A DNA stretch of 64,000 bases from an uncultured virus (IMG/VR IMGVR_UViG_3300028797_000119) (Duplodnaviria; Heunggongvirae; Uroviricota; Caudoviricetes): the IMG/VR virus record IMGVR_UViG_3300028797_000119; one strand, written 5' to 3'. A model generated the notes under the pieces. It saw only the letters and a program-made list of their open reading frames with translations. It did not search any database and had not been told where the DNA came from. This document shows positions 59,461 to 64,000 of this stretch, one piece after another; the stretch's first letter is position 1, and each line of letters starts with the position of its first letter. The translations under genes were made by a program, and so were the position numbers.

Positions 59461-59760
59461 TTAGTCGATCGAGTTCACATTGATAGGCCAGTGTGTCTGT
59501 TTACGGCGAATCTTGCCACATTTCGTGCAACGGTCAACCCAGTAGCGTTGATAACCCCAGCCCCAGCGGCCTTCTTGATGGTCACAAGTGCCGCTTTCAA
59601 TCTGTTCCCAATGATGGTCACAAATGTGGAACAGCTTCTTGAGCCATTTGATAATCTGAACGGCGAGGTTTTCAGAGCCGTTCATACCGCCTTCGACACG
59701 GCGGACAGCACAAGAGCCTCGAATGATTGCGTCGGTGAGTTCGTTGGTCTTCATTTCCAC
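59461..59760 (-). CDS. small Cys/His protein
   Basis: CDHHW...CTKCGK. Confidence 0.55.
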   Translation of the reverse strand: MEMKTNELTDAIIRGSCAVRRVEGGMNGSENLAVQIIKWLKKLFHICDHHWEQIESGTCDHQEGRWGWGYQRYWVDRCTKCGKIRRKQTHWPINVNSID

Positions 59761-59766
59761 ACTCCT

Positions 59767-60087
59767 TTAGTCCACGAGGAACCATTTGACCGAGGTGTTG
59801 CTTTCGGAGATGTTCAGAACGGCGACCGATTCAGTTGCGCTGGTTTGTTCCGGACGGTCGACACGCAGCATGTTTTCTTCATCGACTTCGTCTTCGCCGT
59901 AGATATCGTATTCCTCGCCATCGGCGACTGGCGGAATAGTGATTTCGTGCTCGTCAAGCTGGGCTTGAACCATTTCGGTAAGGGTGGCGGTCGCGCCGTC
60001 GATATTGTCAACGTCCTTTGCTTGAACATTATAGTCGACATAGCCGTTGCAGCATTCGTCGACAGTCTTGATTTCAACAATCTTCAT
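59767..60087 (-). CDS. acidic hypothetical protein
   Basis: junction element. Confidence 0.75.
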   Translation of the reverse strand: MKIVEIKTVDECCNGYVDYNVQAKDVDNIDGATATLTEMVQAQLDEHEITIPPVADGEEYDIYGEDEVDEENMLRVDRPEQTSATESVAVLNISESNTSVKWFLVD

Positions 60088-60151
60088 TTTGAATCTCCTT
60101 TTGGTTGGTATAAAAAGAATGGGCAGTCCGGGGAAGCCCGGACCGGTCCAG

Positions 60152-60634
60152 TTAGTTACATGACATCATCGAATGACCCATGCAGAATGAAGCTACTTTC
60201 TCCACGAAACCTAGCGACAGTAAGTGTTCCTTTACATCCGAGCAGAAACTTTTGTATGCTTTCGATTTAATATCGTCAGTCATTACTGTGTGATAAGTTT
60301 CTTTCAAAGCAATCGGTATACTGTACTTCGTGGCATACTCCTTGACAACACTCCGGCATACGGATGCAACAGTTGTTTCGAACGGATCCTGTTCATCAGC
60401 TGACCATAATTCATGCGACACGTCAGATGTTCTGATAACCTCCGTACTAGACACCGGTTCCGATGGGCTGGATTCGGGCGGAGGGGGCTGAATCAAGCCA
60501 GCATGCGATGAAGAACTGGGGGGTATCGCCAAGTTAGCACTGGACGTGATTTGGTCATCGTCAACATAAGTAGGAACGTCGTCACATGCGCAGAGACACA
60601 TGACCGCAAGTAATAATAAAACGATTTTTTTCAT
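60152..60634 (-). CDS. putative lipoprotein with Ser/Pro linker
   Basis: MKKIVLLLLAVMCLCA-CDD, SSSS/PPPP. Confidence 0.7.
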   Translation of the reverse strand: MKKIVLLLLAVMCLCACDDVPTYVDDDQITSSANLAIPPSSSSHAGLIQPPPPESSPSEPVSSTEVIRTSDVSHELWSADEQDPFETTVASVCRSVVKEYATKYSIPIALKETYHTVMTDDIKSKAYKSFCSDVKEHLLSLGFVEKVASFCMGHSMMSCN

Positions 60635-60701
60635 GTTTTCTCCTTGTTTTTGTGTAAAAACGATATCCAGACCGGGGAAGCCCGGATATATTATTCCAGT
60701 C

Positions 60702-61163
60702 CTAGCAACCGAGGTCGGCGTCAATAATCTTCGCACCGCTGCGGAGCTTGTCGAGAATGTAGTTGTAGCGGGAACATTCAGAGCTGTTGGGGTCGCAGCC
60801 GTGAACGGCGTCCGTGTAGAACTTGATGGCCTGTTCTGCGTTGTCGTAGGACTTGCCGAGACCGTAGCAGATGACCCTCACGCGGTCTTTCTTCTTGGGC
60901 TTGTCCTTGCCGGTCGGCGGACAGTTGATGGCTTGGACGGCGAAGTGGTGGTACTGGGACAAGACTTCGACTTCGATTCGGCCTTCGTCCTTGTCCATCG
61001 TGATTTTGCCAGCTGCGTCCTTGGCTTCGGCACGGTAGGTTTGAGCCAAGTTGATCGCCTTCGACCACGCTTCGTCGTAGTTGGGTTTCGAGTCTTTGTG
61101 GACTTTGGGGGTGATAATGTCGTCGTCCCATTCGATGACGATGAAAATCTGCGATTTAGCCAT
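60702..61163 (-). CDS. hypothetical protein
   Basis: junction element. Confidence 0.75.
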   Translation of the reverse strand: MAKSQIFIVIEWDDDIITPKVHKDSKPNYDEAWSKAINLAQTYRAEAKDAAGKITMDKDEGRIEVEVLSQYHHFAVQAINCPPTGKDKPKKKDRVRVICYGLGKSYDNAEQAIKFYTDAVHGCDPNSSECSRYNYILDKLRSGAKIIDADLGC

Positions 61164-61240
61164 ATTAACTCCTTTGTGGTTGGTTTTGTCTTGTATAGGG
61201 GTGATACGGTGACCGGGGAGACCCGGCCACCACCAGCCAG

Positions 61241-61783
61241 TTAGAGGCTGTCAACCAAGGCGATGACTTGCTTTTCCCATTCCAAGGCGGCCAGCATAAA
61301 TTCCTTTGAGTTGACATAGTGTCGGCGGTCGTATGCGTTATCGCTGTCGGCGATGCAGTTGCAACTGAATCTGTCCTTGTGATTGTCAAAGCGAATCCAT
61401 TCGCCTTTACAGTTCATCATAGTACGGTGAGGGTCACCATAGCCTACGGCTGGCGCATGGACGCCAATACCAAGATGGCTCGTATCGTCGAGTTCTCGAT
61501 ACTCGTACGCACCGAATGACATCTTTTCTTCCTTGTTGGGAATGGGGATTTCCGGAAGCTTCACCAGCTTGGAAGCTTGTTCGGCCAGCAGAGACAAGTA
61601 GGGGACGCGCTTGGCGAAGTTCTTGACCATTTCTTGGAATTCCTTGGTTTCTTCGTCGTGAGCCTTCTTAACCGCCTTGTCGTGTTCTTCCTTGGCGGTT
61701 ACCAGTTGGTTGAGCTTGGTGAGTCTCGTACCCTCGGCCTTCTTGATTTCAGCGACAAGGTCGATTTTTTTCTTAGTAGCCAT
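61241..61783 (-). CDS. hypothetical protein
   Basis: junction element. Confidence 0.75.
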   Translation of the reverse strand: MATKKKIDLVAEIKKAEGTRLTKLNQLVTAKEEHDKAVKKAHDEETKEFQEMVKNFAKRVPYLSLLAEQASKLVKLPEIPIPNKEEKMSFGAYEYRELDDTSHLGIGVHAPAVGYGDPHRTMMNCKGEWIRFDNHKDRFSCNCIADSDNAYDRRHYVNSKEFMLAALEWEKQVIALVDSL

Positions 61784-61853
61784 TTTTTAACTCCTTGTGG
61801 TTGGTATAGAGACAATAACCGGGCTGGGGAAGCCCGGTCCGGTTCAGACAGTC

Positions 61854-62192
61854 CTACGCGAGGCGGCTGTACACTTCAGCCATCGTGCGCCCACACGTGG
61901 CAAGCTTGGAGAGCAACGACTGGAGTTCCAGCAGCGTCGTGTCTTCGCGGTATTCGATGCTCTTGGTGTTCAAGGTCTTGCGCTTCTGACTGATGCCGTT
62001 AATCCATACGATCTTGTAGGTGATTCGAGTGGCTCGGTACTTCACCTCGACGCGGACTTTCTCGACGTTCAAGGCGAACCGCTTGTTAATGGGGTATTCG
62101 ACGGCGTATTCCTTGTTCGTGGAATCGTCGCTTACTGGTTTCATGCCGCAGTCGAAGGCGGCAAGCTTGAATTTTTCTTCAAAGGCGGACAT
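61854..62192 (-). CDS. hypothetical protein
   Basis: AGGA RBS. Confidence 0.7.
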   Translation of the reverse strand: MSAFEEKFKLAAFDCGMKPVSDDSTNKEYAVEYPINKRFALNVEKVRVEVKYRATRITYKIVWINGISQKRKTLNTKSIEYREDTTLLELQSLLSKLATCGRTMAEVYSRLA

Positions 62193-62281
62193 ATTATCTT
62201 CCTGTTATGCGTTTCTTGGTTGGTTTGACAATCTTGGTGCTGTTCTTACTCATTATCGTTCCTTTTCGTCGAAATGTAAAA

Positions 62282-62977
62282 TTAAACCACAAAATTTTTC
62301 ACAAGGTTCTTGGTTTCAGTCGTCGTGAGCTTGAAACCCCTGAGCTTCGGCCAAATCGAACGGCCACGACGCTGTACGCCCACCTTCTTGGCCGTGAAAG
62401 TCAATTTACCGCCGTGCCAGTGAGAAACAATTCTCGTGTCGAGGTTGTAGTGGCAAATATTTTCGCAGCCGAAAAAAGGTCTGTGGTGGTTGATGGCGTC
62501 GCCTTGGGTGCCGACCGTGTGGTCAATCTCGAACGACCCACATTCCCTAAAGTCCACTCCGCTCACTTGGATGACGACTGGGATGTTGGCCGTCGGCTGT
62601 CCGGCGAGGATGCATCTGATGCGAACGTGGGTGTACAAGTCTTGTCCAGTGAACTGGTGGCCGTTCACCGTTTCTGTACGGTGCTTGTACATTTCCAGCG
62701 TTTTCTTGTCGAGCTTTTCGCGGAGGTAGTCGGCGATTGTGTAGCCGATCCATTCCTTAAATTCGCGGTCGGATTCGAGACGGACGAGACGGCAAATGCG
62801 CTGGGGCTTCTTTGTCCGTTTCAAGTTGTCGAGGACGCTCATACCGTTGTAGGTCGCCTCGATTTCGTCGAACTTCATTTCCAATATGCTCCGATAGAGC
62901 TGGTCGGTGTCGTTTGCCACATAGCAGTAACGAACGCGGTTGCCTTTCTGTAGGCTGATAATTCCTCGTGTACCCAT
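62282..62977 (-). CDS. hypothetical protein
   Basis: junction element. Confidence 0.75.
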   Translation of the reverse strand: MGTRGIISLQKGNRVRYCYVANDTDQLYRSILEMKFDEIEATYNGMSVLDNLKRTKKPQRICRLVRLESDREFKEWIGYTIADYLREKLDKKTLEMYKHRTETVNGHQFTGQDLYTHVRIRCILAGQPTANIPVVIQVSGVDFRECGSFEIDHTVGTQGDAINHHRPFFGCENICHYNLDTRIVSHWHGGKLTFTAKKVGVQRRGRSIWPKLRGFKLTTTETKNLVKNFVV

Positions 62978-63035
62978 TGGTTTGTCTCCTTTTGATATAG
63001 GGGTGATAGCCGGACCGGGGAAGCCCGGCCAGTCG

Positions 63036-63344
63036 CTAGAAGTTCACCTTGTAATCCTTGTGGCCTTTTTCGCCAAAGATCTTGATGCGGTCGATTTTCT
63101 TACGGTTGCCGCAGATGGAGGCAGCAATTTCTACGAGCTTGCTCTTGCTCTTCTTGCACTTGAAAGCGAGGTCGTCGTAGGTGTTGATGGTCTTGCACAC
63201 GCACTTCTTACCCGTGTAGATATCAATGCACACGATATCGAGGCGGTGATTCTGCAAGTGGCAGAGGATGTTCGCGACTTCGCGAACCTTGTCTGAACGG
63301 GTGCAGCTGATTTCTTCGTTCTTGAGATAGTTGGGGAATTTCAT
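63036..63344 (-). CDS. basic hypothetical protein
   Basis: junction element. Confidence 0.7.
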   Translation of the reverse strand: MKFPNYLKNEEISCTRSDKVREVANILCHLQNHRLDIVCIDIYTGKKCVCKTINTYDDLAFKCKKSKSKLVEIAASICGNRKKIDRIKIFGEKGHKDYKVNF

Positions 63345-63491
63345 CGTGGTCTCCTTGTGGTTGGTATAAAAAGTATAGACACGCTGGGGAAACCCGGACG
63401 ACCGGAGCGAGTGACTGTACAGAAATGAAATATAAGAACACGGTGAGCATTTGTCAATACCCACCGTGGGTTAAAAGTTAAATTTTACATT

Positions 63492-64000
63492 TTACTGCAC
63501 AAAGCGCGGTTTCAAGCCAGCGTCGTCCTGGATCTGGCGGTACAGTTCGGCGTACATTTTCTCGCCCATAGCGAAAATAAAGCCGTCATTACCGACGAGG
63601 CGGTTGAATTTCGTCCGTCCGAGCCTAACAGAGCGAAGGTTCTTAGGTTCGAACTTGATGGATTCGCCATTCGCTCGCAAGTGTCGGAGGATTTCGCCGA
63701 TGGCCTCACGGTTGGTCGTACGCTTCTCGTACATCACGATAACCGTCGTATCGCCGTACATATGGCTATCGACGACCGACGAGCCTTTGATGTTGATGTA
63801 GGTCATACGGTAGCCGAGGTCAACATTGAGCTTCTTTGGGTAGTCCAGACGGTACATTTGGATGGGCTTGGGGGTGGCAGCTTGCCAGTCCTTGATCAAT
63901 TCGGCCTGAATCTCGCCGTAGCACTTGGTCTGGTCGTTCTCGTCGAGGCCGTGGTGACGGGCGATGTTATCGACGACAGACTGGATAGCCTTGCCGACAC
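63492..64000 (-). CDS. hypothetical protein, 5' end probably beyond the window
   Basis: frame of ORF 63492-63899 appears open to the window edge. Confidence 0.6.
   Translation of the reverse strand, partial: VGKAIQSVVDNIARHHGLDENDQTKCYGEIQAELIKDWQAATPKPIQMYRLDYPKKLNVDLGYRMTYINIKGSSVVDSHMYGDTTVIVMYEKRTTNREAIGEILRHLRANGESIKFEPKNLRSVRLGRTKFNRLVGNDGFIFAMGEKMYAELYRQIQDDAGLKPRFVQ

Larger units (their letters stand above)
10758..63397 (-). repeat. dispersed gene-junction element, about 50 copies: CCGGG(C/T)(T/G)TCCCC-N17-TATAC(C/A)-AACCAAAAGGAG-N5-7-ATG
   Basis: + strand GGGGAA(G/A)CCCGG or GGGGACGCCCGG near 11363, 13204, 19182, 20320, 23352, 24417, 26823, 30374, 34958, 36109, 38059, 40594, 41405, 44327, 46760, 47866, 49281, 51555, 53321, 55151, 55471, 56222, 60130, 61826, 63017, 63386 and others; all in one orientation and nearly all intergenic. 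Confidence 0.95.

Noticed and set aside
10758..63397. Junction element as classical integron attC, REP or CRISPR repeat
   Set aside because: No consistent RYYYAAC/GTTRRRY boxes, no integrase or RAYT in the window, and copies are separated by whole genes; a non-classical recombination role is not excluded
2711..63801. Long antisense ORFs (e.g. 2711-3796, 32783-33658, 39016-40176, 53451-54626)
   Set aside because: Shadow frames of real genes on the opposite strand; no RBS or motifs
1..64000. tRNA/rRNA and virion hallmark genes
   Set aside because: None recognised; phage identity remains an inference

Overview
This window looks like part of a large (jumbo-type) bacteriophage genome. That is an inference from the dense short ORFs, the long co-directional blocks and the absence of housekeeping operons; no capsid or terminase gene is present. 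Genes run on + to about 8.1 kb and then almost entirely on -. Recognisable content: a HAD-like phosphatase, a P-loop nucleotide kinase, a DUF2828/vWA protein, an OFA-type MFS transporter, a protein-kinase-like protein, a soluble FtsK-like ATPase, a complete IS200/IS605 element (tnpA+tnpB), a GP88-like protein and an intein-containing C5 DNA methyltransferase. The main points are four. (1) A compact chimeric type I CRISPR-Cas locus: stand-alone cas3, I-F2-like cas7fv and cas5fv, I-E-like cas6/cas1/cas2, no cas8 or cas11. (2) Its array is split inside one spacer by a 388-bp protein-free IS605-type mini-element carrying a structured RNA-like interior. (3) About 50 copies of a gene-junction element (CCGGGNNTCCCC-N17-TATACC-AACCAAAAGGAG-ATG on -) format most genes, including several cas genes, as cassettes. 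(4) A candidate small RNA with its own promoter and terminator is antisense to that shared leader. All family assignments are from motif recognition by eye, with no database searches.
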